From the NCBI GenBank assembly GCA_038087875.1, contig CM075983.1, forward strand, positions 16,926,001 to 16,990,000: a DNA stretch of 64,000 nucleotides, given 5' to 3'. A program made the translations under genes and the position numbers. The stretch comes from Malacoraja senta. Taxonomy: Eukaryota. Positions 38,365-51,620 of the stretch are shown piece after piece (within the stretch, counting starts at the first letter, position 1; every line of letters starts with the position of its first letter). The notes beneath the pieces are model-generated. The model saw nothing but the letters and a program-made list of their open reading frames with translations. It did not search any database and was not told the origin of the DNA.

Positions 38365-39240
38365 TTGCCACCCAGTGGTGCAGCTAGATTTGATGCCTCA
38401 CCAGAGATCTGTGTTCAGTCCTCACCTCAGGAGCTATCTGTGTGGAATTTGCACATTCTTCCTGTGATCATGTGGATTTCCTCTTGGTAGATAGAGATAT
38501 AGCGTGGAAACAGGCCCTTCGGCCCACCAGCGATCCCCACACTAAAGCACTATCCTACACACACTAGGGACAATTTACAATTTTACTGAACTCAATTAAC
38601 CCGCAAACCTGTACGTCTTTGGAGTGTGGGATGAAACCGGAAATCCCAGAGAAAAGCAACGCAGGTCACGGGGAGAACGTACCAGACAGCATCCATAGTC
38701 GGGATCGAACCCGGGTCTACCGTTACGCCACCATGCTGGTACTCTGGATTCCTCCAACATATATAACCATATAACCATTACAGCACGGTTATATGGTTAT
38801 ACGCCACCATGCTGGTACTCTCGATTCCTCCAACATCTCAAAGACATGTGGTATGATAGGTTAATTGGTCACTGTAAATTACCCCTTGTGTGCTGCAGAG
38901 TGGTAGAATGATGAGAATGTGTGGAGAATAAAAAAAATTAATGTAGGATTAGTGTGGCACAGGGCAGCACGTTGGTGCAGCTGTAGAGTTGCTGTCTTAC
39001 AGCGCCCGAGACCTGGGTTCAATCGCGACTACGGGTGCTGTCTCTCTCCTCGTGCCTAGTGTGTGTAGGATAGTGATAATGTGCTGGGATCGCTGGTCGG
39101 TGCGGACTAGGTGGGCCAAAGGGCCTGTTTCCACGCTGAAACTCTAAACTAAACTAGTGTAAATGGGTGGTTGGTGATTGGCATCAACTTGGTGAACTGA
39201 AGCACTTATTTCCAAGCTGTATTTCTCTCTATGATTCTGT
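38365..39240. mobile_element. Nest of tRNA-SINEs (old + strand copy containing a - strand and a + strand younger copy)
   Basis: SINE head at 38370, inverted copy ~38490-38740, further copy ~38960-39155. Confidence 0.75.
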
Positions 39241-39984
39241 AGTCTAAAATTCCCAGACCTTATCTCCTCTCTGTTGTGATCACAGTCTTCATAATCCAGT
39301 AGATCATAACACAAATCAAATATTCCAAAACAAATTTATAAATCCAGTCATGGCATATTTGATGGCAATGTCAATGAATCATCCTTCAGTGTTCTCTGAC
39401 TTCTGTGCAACTGTCTGTGCCATTGCATCTTTGCAGCCCTCTTTCAGTGGCTTCAGAATGCAAATTTTGGAATGGTGACAAAAGTTTAGCTGAATGGATG
39501 ACAAGCCCCAGCAAGTGGGCTGGAGATGTTCTGGAGAGAGCTTGTGAGTGCTGTCACCCTGAGTGATCCACTGAGCCTTTGACACATTCCCAGTGAATAT
39601 CTCAACAACATGAGTAATCTTAAGAAGGACAGGTTTCTGGGCTGCTGTGATACCTTGCAAGCCTCGTTAAACACTGCTATCTGCAGCCAAGATGGTTAAG
39701 CTTGGATGAGAGGGGGCTGGGCTAGCATGGCAGCAAACATACCTTTTGTAACTAAAGCCTAAGCTTCCGCACAGTATCTGTAAAATTCACACAATGTGTG
39801 GTTTCTGATTATCTGTATTGAAAGGTCAGATGTTGGCATTAGACCCTCATCATTGTTAGGGGTAATGAAGTTGCCACTATCTTCCAGTTGGAAGAGATTC
39901 ACTCCAAGCTCCGCTTGTTTAATACACCACCAATTTGCTGTTAAACTCCTCTGTGCTGCTTGACATTACACCAAGTTTGCCGAT

Positions 39985-40410
39985 AGTTTAGTTTAGAGAT
40001 ACAGCACGGAAACAGGCCCTTCGGCCCACCGTGTCCGCAAAGACCAGTGATCCCCGCACATTAGCACTATCCTACGCACACTAGGGAGATTTTCGGTCTG
40101 AAGAAGGGTCTCGACCCGAAACGTTGCCAATTCCTTCTCTCCATGGATGCTGCCTCACTCGCTGAGTTTCTCCAGCATTTTGTATCTACCTAGGGAGATT
40201 TTTGTTATGCTTATACCAAGTCAATTAACCAACAAACCTGCACGTCTTTGGAGTGTGGGAGGAGACCAAAGATCTCGGAGAAAACCCAAGCGGTCACGGG
40301 GAGAACGTACAAGCTCCATACAGACAGCACTCGTAGTTTGGATCGAACCCGGGTCTCTTGCGCTGCAAGCGCAGTAAGGCAGCAACTTTACTGCTGCGCC
40401 ACCGTACTGC
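39985..40410 (-). mobile_element. tRNA-SINE interrupted by a hammerhead-bearing insert (40094-40189)
   Basis: Minus-strand A-box GGTGGCGCAGCAGTA, B-box GGTTCGATCC, (CTAAA)n tail. Confidence 0.85.
40094..40128 (+). ncRNA. Penelope-type minimal (dimer-forming) hammerhead ribozyme motif
   Basis: GGT-CTGAAGA-A-GGGT(CTCG)ACCC-GAAA-CGTT-GCC: CUGANGA/GAAA core, stem II hairpin, palindromic ACGT stem III, stem I GGU/GCC. Confidence 0.7.
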
Positions 40411-40544
40411 CCGAGCAGACCCAAAGCATTTCTATGCACATTATGTTCAATAATGTGCACCATTGATGTACACATCTCTACAACCAAACTTGACTGCACG
40501 TTGCTGGCTGAGACCTGGACTACTCCTTCTCCCTACCTCATCGT

Positions 40545-41098
40545 AATTTTATTAGCCAAGTATGTTTTGCAACATACAAAGAATTTGATTTGCCATACAG
40601 TCATACCAAAAAAGCAACAAAACATCCGCAGTCGGGGCGATCGGAGCTCCCGCAGCCAGCGATCAAATCTCCCGCGTCGGGGCGATCGAAGCTCCCGCGA
40701 TCGGGGTAGCTTGAAGCTCCCAAAATCAGTCCCTAACCAGGGACCGCGAGCTTCAGGATGTTAAGTCTGCAGACTCCCAGGGTTTGAGCTCCAGAGGTCG
40801 ATCCCTGGCAAAGGGACCACCAACTCTGCGATGTTAAGTCCGCAGGCTCCCATGGTTTGAGCTCGCGAGGTCGATCCCCAACAAGAGGCCGCTAGCTCCT
40901 CGATGTTAGGACAGAGATACGATACGGAAAAAATTCGCATCTCCGTTGGGGAAAGAGATAAAAAAAGTTTCCCCCACCCCCCACATAATAGAAAACTAAA
41001 GGTACACTAAAACATACATTTAACAACGGACTAAAAACAACAAAGAAGGAAGAAGACGAGACAGACCATTGGCGAGGCAGCCATCGCTCAGCGCCACC
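40545..41098 (-). mobile_element. Composite non-autonomous retroposon (GC head, GC-rich repeats, LINE-like tail)
   Basis: Head organisation shared with 56236-57313; internal imperfect repeats; tail ...CATACTTGGCTAATAAATT. Confidence 0.6.
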
Positions 41099-42129
41099 TA
41101 AGAGCAGGAACTTTAAGCTTGAGTTGAACAAGGCACCAGTTAAGGCAAAAACACGTACATTTCTGGTGACCACAATGCAGGATGGATGTTATACAGAAGT
41201 TGCAGAGGAGATTTATGACATTGTTGCTGGACAAGAGAACATTGACTATGAAGGGAATGTGGATATGCTGACATTTTCTCCTTTGGAACAAAGAAGCTGG
41301 AAGCAACAGTTAATTAATATACATTAAGCCATGAGAGGCCTGGAGCGCATGAACAGCAAGAACATATTTCACTTAACAGAAACCACATCAATTTAAAGTT
41401 CATCATAGAGGTATTGGAGAATATTTGAGGAATTTTATTTCAAACAAGGAACAGTGGAGATTAAGAACTTGCCTGAAAGCCAAAAACTTTGTCGCATATA
41501 ATAATTACAGGTGCCATTGCCTGCAGGACTTTGGACTGAGAGCTGAAACTGGCTTTAGAATAGCTAACTCTCTTTGACTAGCCTGACAATGAACATTTCC
41601 TTTGCTGAGATTTTCTACAAAAAAGCAATATATAATATGTTATGCTAGAAATAATTACTTAAACTTTCACGTAAACAAAAGCAAGCTGAAAATGGTTATT
41701 GTGCAAGGTCTGTGGGAAAAAGTTTTGTGATGACAGGTATTTGACTATTATTCCGCTGTTTCAGCCAAATGTGAATATGAACAAATCTGAATGAAGTGTG
41801 CTGCTGAGAACCTGCAGGGACTCCAAGAAAGGAGAGGATGCTGAGCTTGGTAAAAGACAGTGGACAAATTGTCAGGGTGGTTTAGTATTCTGAGCAAAGT
41901 GATATTAATGAGTCATGTGTAATAACCATGTTCACAGGCAGCGTGCATCAAAGCACATTTGAGAAATTAACTGTGAACAGGTGCATGGAGTTCGACAGGG
42001 AGCCAGTGGCTGGATCTGTGCAGAGAGATTGTTTCAATTGGGAAGGGTGTAAGTCATTTGAGAAGCACAGATTTTAGAATAAAGCGTCTGTAATTTTGTG
42101 TGCTAAGATGTGGATCAGAATTGTGGTTT

Positions 42130-43330
42130 ACATAACACAAGGAAATAGAAGCAAGAATAGGTTGACTGGCCTGTCAACCTGACCCTGGTCTCCTCTGACC
42201 TTATTTATTTGTACAAGATACTCATCGCCCTCCGTCCCCCAATTTTCCACATATGCATCTACTTCCACTTTAAATACTTTGAATGATCTAATCCCCATGA
42301 CTCTGAGATAGAATTTTCCAGGGATTCACTGTCCTCTGTGAGAAATCCCTATGAGTCTTGGTTTTAAATGTCCAGTCCCTTACTTTGAAGCTATGAAGTT
42401 ATTTGATTCTATCTCACCAGTAAAAACATCTCAACATCTAACCTGTCAGGCCCCCTTGTGATTGTAAATGTTTCAAGATATTTAGCCCTCATTTGTCTAA
42501 ATTCCAGAGAGTACAGATAAAAACTGTTTGGCCACTTTTGATAGAACAGTCCTCTCATCCCAGGAATTAACCTGGTCAATCACAATCCTTTTGGCCAGCA
42601 TTCAATGTTTCTTTATCCTTTCTTAGGATAGGGAATGAAAATTGAGTGCAGTAATCCAGGTTTGCCTGCACCAAGGCCCTGCACAATTCCTTCTTTCTAT
42701 GCTCTAACCCCTTTGCTTTCAAGACATTGAGTCATTTGTTCTTTAATAACTTATTGTATCTGCCGACTAACTTGTGATCCATGCACAAGAACACTTAACT
42801 CCCTCTTTGCTCCACTTATTTGTAGTGATTTTCAATTTAGATAGTAATCTTTATTTTGATTGCTTACTAAAGTGCATGACTCATACTTTCCTACATTAAA
42901 CTTCATTTAAACATTTTCACCCATTCACTCAATCTATCTTCATCACAATATGCCTTCCCACCTATTTCCATTTAATGGGCAAATTTGGATGCTTTGCATT
43001 CTGCCCCCTCCTTGTTAGTAATATAAATAATAAATAATAGATGGCCTTGAACTGATTGCTGGGATACTTCAATAGTTGCATCTTTCCAACCTGAAAAAGA
43101 CCCATTCATCCTAAACTCTACGAAAAAATTACTTTCCAATCTATGAGGCCACACTTCCTTCAATACCATGAGCTCCTTGTGCACTAACTTGTGCATAATA
43201 TTTTGTGCAGCACCTTGTTAAAGGTCTTTTGGAAGTCCAAATACCCCACATCTTCAACTTTTCTTCTATCTGCCCTGCTTGTTGCACCCTCAAACAACAT
43301 AAGTAGATTTGTCAAACATGATTTGTCTTT
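42130..43330 (-). mobile_element. Old CR1-type LINE ORF2 fragment
   Basis: Minus-strand MNGSFSGWKDATIEVSQQSVQGHLLFIIYI..KASKFAH (decayed RT) and LDFQKTFNKVLH. Confidence 0.65.
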
Positions 43331-46300
43331 CAACAAACTATGTTGACTTAGTTTGATTAAATTAAATTCTCCAAAATGATTAAATATTTCTTCTTTGCAT
43401 TTTGTAATGTTTCCTGCCTATTTCCATCCTCCCTTCTTAAATCAAGGGGGCTCTTTTCCAGTCCACAGTAACTTTAGTGAGGTTTGAAATATGTAAACCA
43501 ATAATTTCCAGTGTCTGTGTAGCCACTTTCTTGAAAACACTTAGGCACGGGCAATGGGTTCAGGCAGCATATCTGCCTTTAAGCCCACACATTTTCTCAT
43601 ACCTTGCCCCTCGTGATTAGGATTTTTACATGTTATTTGACATTAGACCAACTATTATCACTGGGATATTTGGAGTGCAAATGCAATGCAAATAATTGGT
43701 GTGACAACATATGCTCCCTATACACCGCTCCAATCCCCGTTAATGGCAGACAGGCCAGGAGGACCTAAAGACCAGCACCGCGGACAGCACCTGCCTGTAG
43801 GAAATCACAGGCAACCTGGACAGTGTTCCGGACTGAGCTGAGGCCACAGCCAGAGGAGCAACAGCCAGGATTGGACTAACTCACCCTACACGTCATCAAA
43901 CATACTCCTTAAAACCAAGGCAGTTCCAGCCATCCTTGGATAACATGGGGTGCCTCCTAACTAACTGTGCTTCCCTTTGCTGTGCTGCCTGGTCAAGCTC
44001 TCGACTGCCAGTGCCTCCACTTGGAACAAGACTGAGCTGGCAGGAGAAGCCCGACCGCCACAGTCTCCTCACATGCCCACAGACGACAGGGCACTATGCC
44101 CCCACATGGTCCAGACCTTCTCCTCACCATCCTCCATTAATGTAAACAAATCTTTTCACCCGAGCTCGGCCAACTATGAGGGTGTTGATGTTGTCATTGT
44201 CCACAAGACGTCGTCCTCGCATCACATTGGTTTAATATATCAATGACAACCTTGCTATGTGATATTAATTCCCAAGCTTCATTCTCCAGAGGATCCACAC
44301 GAACCTTAGCCCCTTTCTCTCCTGAAGCTTTAGATGAAGAGAAGTTTTAGCTGTTTATTTACATGCAAGTTTTCACTTCAAAACATTTTCCTTCTTATGA
44401 GCTTTTGAGTCTTTTGCAGGTTCTTGAAAAATTCCTAATCTTCTGGTTCAACATTCACCTTTGCTACTTTGTATGCCCTACCTTTGATATAACACTATCC
44501 TTAACCTCCTTTGTTAACCATGGTTGGTTTCTTTTTCTCATGGTATTTCTCTTTCTAGTTAGAATAAATTTCTGTTAAGCATTATGAACAAGCTGGTTAA
44601 ATATATGCCACTGCTCATCTACTGACTGATTTCTTAGCTTATTTACTAGTCCATTCCATGTGACTCCGTCTTCATACCATTTTAATTGATTTTATTTAAG
44701 TTGAATACTTTGGTTTTGGACGTGCAGTGCTCACCCTCAACCTATTACTGAAATTCTACCATGCTCCGATCACTATTACCCAGGGGACCCTTAGTCACAA
44801 ATCTCTTATCAATCTTTTCTCTTAGTCATCATTCCTTTTAACTAACGTGCTTATGCACAGAATATTCTACTGAATATAATAATAACATTTCTGTCACTCT
44901 GCAGAGTTAGGGGTGGGAAGTAATAGGACTGCACAACGTTACACTTACTTGGGAGGTCAAATGGAGTGCCATTAAGAATGGGTGATACTGTATCTTGATG
45001 TCATGTTTAATCCTGGACCAGTTTTTGAAGCTCAGATCAAAATAGCCAATTCCCATCCCTAATGGAGACAAGAGTACCTAATGGAGACAGAGTCTTTGCA
45101 TCTGGATGAAGGGTCTTGACCAGAACTGTCCACTATCTATTTTCCTCCACGGATGCTGCCTGATCTGCTGAGTTCATTCAGCAGCCCTCTTTTTCAGTCC
45201 ACCTCTGATGCATTGTCACCCAGACTGCAGCACAATAGAATGTCTGTACGGAGTTTGTACGTTCTCCCCATGACCACGTGGGGTTTCCATAGGTGTTCCG
45301 GTTTCCTCCCACACTCCAAAAACATAAAGATTTGTAAGTTAATTGGATGTGGTAAAAATTGTAAATTGTCCCCAGTGTATGGGGATCGCTGGTCAGCACA
45401 GACTCGGTTGGCCGACAGGCCTGTTTCAGCGGTGTAACTCTAAACTAAACAAAACTAATTTATTATGTTTGTTTATGCATAGTATGATTAAGGAAATAAC
45501 ATGAAATGGAGCATATACATGGGTTTGAATGAATATGCTGATGAATAAGCTAATAAGTGCCAGACTGCTTTAATTGAAATAAAATAAACTGGAGGGAGAC
45601 CTGGCTATGACGGCCAGGGAATAAATTAGTGATATTTGATAATTTGATAATGATTTAGAAATAGTGTGAGTCTTGTGCTTGATCTGTTGATGAACAGGAA
45701 ATAGAGTGGGAGTTCATCTTTCTCAGTGCTTTCTGAAGGCTAATGAGAATCAGACTGCATAGGCAAACTGAAAATAAAAGAATCCATTTTCTGTGATAGA
45801 ATTTCGGGCAACATTTTTTGTGGTTCCAGTTCCATAATTAAACTGTACCCATAGTCATAGACTTTGGGAGATAATAAGAATTTAATAAAAAGAATAGAAC
45901 ACGTATTTGAAAAACAGCAGCTAATTATTCATTTTTGAAATCCTGAGCGTGAAAGTTTTCCCTAAACCATGAATGAAACAAAAAATGATTTCCTTTGTTG
46001 GACCAAATGTGGGCTGATTTAGACGAAGGGGTGTTATTGTGGTAAATAGAGAGGATTAATAGTTTTTCTTTGGCGTCTCTGTGTGAGCACTTATGAGCGG
46101 AAATGACAGCACCAAATCTACTTGGACGAATGACTATGAACCCAGCACATCTGGCAACTGGAGGGGAATGTTCAAGGACATATACAATATACACTGTTCA
46201 CTATTCATTTCCCAGAGAGGAAGCAATGACTTGTTTACCCACACAGAGATCTGAACATCCACAGCACTCCACTGCTCTTCTGTCGTGGAGAGTGTTAGAA

Positions 46301-47249
46301 TTAATCTCATCATCACAGAAAGGCAACTCAGTGCATTAGCATAAAGAAATGTATAAATGAAAGAAAATTGTCATAAATCCTTTCACTTCGATACTGGACC
46401 TCAGCTGTGGAATGGCAAATTAGAATGATTCGCCTTGAATTATAATTCAGGGCCTGGTAAAATGGAGCATGACAAGATTGGTTTTGTCTCCTGAATCTTG
46501 ATGTCTACACGGGATGTATTGCACAGATTATTAGCTGGCTCTTTGTGAATCGATAGCGTGCACTTCAATTTCAGGGTCAGTACCACATATTAAACAGACT
46601 GCAACAATGTAGCGGTAGCATGAATCCTGAGATTGCATTTTGAAATTCTTGGCAGCTGCGCAATTATTCAGTTATGTACATTGGTGAGTTTTGTTACCAT
46701 CTAGCAACGTTTGGGAAGTGGAGGAAAGAGAAGATACCCTGAAAACGAATTGCATTTGTGATGTATAAACTGTCGCCATAAGCATATTTCATGACCTTCT
46801 TTAGTTCTGATTTGTGTGGTTAATATTATTTAAACTCAGTACCAAAGACCAGACTACGGAGCACAATGTGGTCTAGCTCTTTTGGTTGTGTTTATGTCTT
46901 GTGATATTCACTGATGTGACTGCAATGTCAAAACCTGCTGAACACACTATTGCAATAGTGAATGTTTAAATGTTTTTTATGCTGAATGCATTAAGATACT
47001 CATTTGCTGATCCATATTATGCTCTTATGCCCTAAACATGCACTGCAAATGTTATGTTAAACTGCAATATGCATTCTTTCCAAGTTAGGCCAATTTTATT
47101 GCATCCATATTGTTACTTTGTGTTCCACAGTAGCACAAATGATGGTTTATGTTAAATCTTTATACTGTATATAAAACCAAGTGAACATGTTATGTATCTT
47201 TTCTTCCCCATTCAAAAATTTAAGCTTTCACAGAACAGATAATGAATGA

Positions 47250-48130
47250 AAACATAGAAACATAGAAAATAGATGCAGGAGTATGACATTCGGCCCTTTG
47301 AGCCATTCAATGTGATAATGGCTGATCTTCCAAAATCAGTACCCCTTTCCAGCTATTTCCCCATATCCCTTGATTCCGTTAGCCCTAAGAACTATATCTA
47401 ACTCTCTCTTGAAAACATCCAGTGAATTGGCCTCCACTGCATTCTGTGGCAGAGAATTCTACAAATTCACAACTCTCTGGGCGAAAAAGATTTTTCTCAC
47501 CTCAGTCCTAAATGGCCTACCCCTTATTCTTACACTGTGACCCCAACATCGGGAACATTTTCCTGCATCTAGCTTGTCCAATCCCATAATAATTTTATAT
47601 GTTTCTATAAGATCCCCTCAGATCCTTCTAAATTCCAGTGAATATAAGCCCTCGTCGATCCATTCTTTCATCATACGTCAGTCCCACCATCCCGGGAATT
47701 AACCTGGTGAACCTACGCTGTATTCCCTCAATAGCAAGAATGTCCTTCCTCAAATAGGAGACCAAAACTGCACATTATATTCCAGGTGTGGTCTCACCAG
47801 GGCCCTGTACAACTGCAATAGGACCTACTTGCTCACATACTCAAATCCTCTCGTTATGAAGGCCAACATGCCATTTGCTTCCTTCACTGTCTGCTGTACC
47901 TGCATGCTTACTTTCAGAGACTGATTTACAAGGACACTCAAATCTCGTTGCACCTCCCCTTTTCCTAATCTGACACCATTTAGATAATATTCTGCCGCCT
48001 TGTTCTTGCCACCAAAGTGGATAACCTCACATTTATCCACATTATACTGGATCAGCCATGATCTGCCCACTCACGCAACCTATCCAAGTGACCCTGCAGC
48101 CTCATAGCTTCATCTCACAGCTCACCACCT
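47250..48130 (-). mobile_element. CR1-type (HER1-like) LINE 3' 0.9 kb
   Basis: QYNVDKCEVIHFGGKN..QRDLSVLV..ANGMLAFITRG; (CATAGAAA)n tail. Confidence 0.9.
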
Positions 48131-48494
48131 AATAACAGATAAACATTTAATTAGGGTCTGAGGAAGACCAGCACTAGTGGTGAGTCATTGCTCTGTTCCT
48201 GTGCAGAACATTAACTGTGATCCAACCATGATCACAATGAATGGCGGTGCTGGCTCGAAGGGCCGAATGGCCTCCTCCTGCATCTATTTTCTATGTTTCT
48301 AACTCAGCAGGTCAGGGAGCATCTCTGGAGGATGTGGATAGGTGATGTTTTGGGTCAGGACCCTTCTTTGGACACCTACTGTATTCTCAACAAGAACATA
48401 GTTACTCTGTTCTTATTTAAACTTCCACTTCAGCAGATCCTTGGGATTGAGGATGATTTGCTTCTAACACAATTCTGTAGGTTCTGAGGTGATT

Positions 48495-48782
48495 TTTTTT
48501 TTTTTAAATTAAATTTTTGTTAGAAGTACAATAATGTGGTACCACAGTACCTAATACTTGTTGACATATTACATTTCATATACAATTTATTATTTTTAAT
48601 TTAATAATGAAGCAGGAGTAAGGGAGAAATGAATAGAAAAGGAGAGATTGACATAGAGTGTTGCGTGAAATAGAAAGATAGCCCGAAAGAAGAAAGAAGA
48701 AAGAAGAAGTAGAAAGAGAAAGAGACAAAATAGAGAAAAAAAAAAAGGAAAAAGGAGATTGAAAGCGATATACCTATTTAAT
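48495..48782 (-). mobile_element. Poly(A)-tailed retroposed insert (L1/Tx1-like 3' UTR)
   Basis: 14-bp TSD GTTCTGAGGTGATT (48481-48494/48783-48796); poly-T at the left end. Confidence 0.7.
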
Positions 48783-49858
48783 GTTCTGAGGTGATTGATG
48801 AGTCATTTGTGGGTTTGCAAGACAGTTCCACGTGGGTAAACATGGAACTGGATGGGGCCGGTGGATCGCATGCTTCTTCTGCAATGTGTGGTGGAGCTGC
48901 ACATGTAACTACTGGAGAGATATTAAGTATTTCGGGCTTTCCCAAATGGTTCTGGTTAAATGGCCTAGGACCAAACATTCATATGGGTTAGTAAAGATTT
49001 TTAACTTTATTTCTTTGAGGGTTTGATGGCATTCTTAAAGCATTTCTGGGATTTATTGCTGTGTGGTAGTATTAGAGCACTGTCACACCATTGGGAATTC
49101 TTGCGCTGGTATTGGTATGCCATGCCAATTTCAAGTCTCTTGATCTTGAAGAAGGGCAAACTCACCTGCAAATTAACAACTCTCCTCATTCTAACATGGG
49201 ACCAGCACACCACAATCATCAGCTTGTACACCAAAACTCTGGAAACTACGAATAAGGCTAAGGAAAGATTCTACTCCAAACTTGGATCAAAATATGCCCG
49301 AGGTACCAAAGGGAGGCGAACATCCTTGCAATGATTTTAATCTCAGGGTCAGAATCAGCATAACCCTCAGAAAGGTATGATCGGCAAATGGGAAAACGAG
49401 TATTAGACACAAAATGCTGGAGTAACTCAGCAGGACAGGCAGCATCTCTGGAGAGGAGGAATGGGTGACTTTTCTGGTCGAGACACTTCTTCAGCTTGGA
49501 ATAATATCTTGTCATTACCAACATCTGCTCATCAGAGACAAGCAACTCAAGGCAACACCCCAACTCAGGCACAGGCACCCATACATTATGTCATTGTATG
49601 AGCAAGAGACAAGTAGGTTGTTTGCATTAATCATGCCATTACAGGTAGTAGCGCTGCAGAACTAACCACTGTCTAATCTCTCCACCTACCTGGGCACAAA
49701 ATAATCGTGAGTCAGAAGTGCCGCCAGAAGAAAATCAATGTTAAATGTCTTAAGATTTCCAAAGATTATTTTTTTTTCATACAGCACATCACAGACAACT
49801 GCTCAACTCCCAGGAGCCACAGTGTTCACACCATCTGGGCTGCTCTTTATCCAACATA

Positions 49859-51620
49859 CAGTGCCCTCCATAATGTTTGGGACAAAGACCTATCATTTAT
49901 TTATTTGCCTCTGTACTCCACAATTTGAGATGTGTAATAGAAATAATCACACGTGGTTAAAGTGCACATTGTCAGATTTTAATAAAGGGTATTTTTATAC
50001 ATTTTGGTTTCACCATGTATAAATTACAGCAGTGTTTATACATAGTCCCCCCCCTAGGGCACCATAATGTCTGGGACACAGCAATGTCATGTAAATGAAA
50101 GTAGTCATGTTTACTATTTTGTTGCATATCCTTTGCAAGCATTGACTGTTTGACGTCTGCGATTCATGGACATCACCAGTTGCTGGGTGTCTTCTTTGGT
50201 GATGCTCTGACAGGCCTGTATTGCAGCCATCTTTAGCTTGTGCTTGTTTTGGGGGGTAGTTCCCTTCAGTTTTCTCTTCAGCATATAAAAGGCATGCTCA
50301 ACTAACCACTGACTAAGCTTTGTGTACTATGTTTACATATTCTGTTCTGCTGCAGTAAGTAAGAATTGCTCTATCTGGGACATATGACAACTAAACACTC
50401 TTGACTTGACTCAATTAGGTTCAGATCGGGTGATTGAATTGGCCACTCAAGAATTATCAATTTTTTAGCTTTGAAAAACTCCTTTGTTGCTTTAGCAGTA
50501 TGTTTGGGATCATTGTCTTGCTGTAGAATGAACCGCCAGTCAATGAGTTTTGAGGTATTTGTTTGAACTTGAGCAGATAGGATGTGTCTATACACTTCAG
50601 AATTCATCATGCTACTACCATCAGCAGTTGTATCATCAATGAAGATAAGTGAGGCAGTACCTTCAGCAACCATATATGCCCAGGCCATAACACCCCTACG
50701 ACCGTGTTTCACAGATGAGGTGGTATGCTTTGGATCTTGGGCAGTTCCTTCCCTCCTCCATACTTTGCTCTTGCCATCACTCTGATATAAGTTAATCTTC
50801 ATCTCATCTGTCCACAAGACCTTTTTCCAGAATTGTGGTTGCTCTTTTAAGTACTTCTTGGCAAACTGTAGCCTGGCTATCCTATTTTTGCAGCTAACCA
50901 GTGGTGTGCATCTTGCAGTGTAGCCTCTGTATTTCTGTTCATGAAGTCTTCTGCGGACAGTGGCCAATGACAAATCCACACCTGACTCTTAAAGAGTGTT
51001 TCTGATCTGTCGGACAGGTGTTTGGGGATTTTTCTTTATTATAGAGAGAATTCTTCTTTCATAACCTGTGGAGGTCTTCCTTGGCCTGCCAGTCCCTTTG
51101 TGATTAGTAAGCTCACCAGTGCTCTCTTCCATCATAATGATGTTCCAAACAGTTGATTTTGGTTAGCGTAAGGTTTGGCTGATGTCGCTAACAGTTTTAT
51201 TCTTGTTTCTCAGTCTCATAATGGCTTCTTTGACTTTCATTGGCACAACTTTGGTCCTCATGTTGATAAACAGCAATAAAAGTTTCCAACGTTGATGGAA
51301 AGACTGGCGGAAAGACTAGGTGCTGAGAGCTCTCTTATACCTGCATTAAGGAGGCAATTAAACACACCTGAGCAATTACAAACACCTGTGAAACCATGTG
51401 TCTGTAATTATGGTGCCTTGAAATGGGGGTCTATGTATAAACACAGCTGAAATTTCTAGATTCTGAAACCAAAATGTATATAAATACCCTTTAATAAAAT
51501 CTGACAATGTGCATTTTAACCACATGTGATTTTTTTTCCTATCACAAATCTCAAATTGTGGAGTACAGAGGCAAATAAATAAATGATGGGTGTTTGTCCC
51601 AAACATTATGAAGGGCACTG
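49859..51620 (-). mobile_element. Tc1/mariner DD34E transposon with long TIRs; transposase pseudogene 51261-50111
   Basis: TA TSD, ~200-bp TIRs beginning CAGTGCCCT, WTDE / QQDNDPKH / WPIQSPDLNLIE motifs, premature stops, ~110-bp retroposon insert at ~50302-50409 (CTCAA duplication). Confidence 0.95.
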
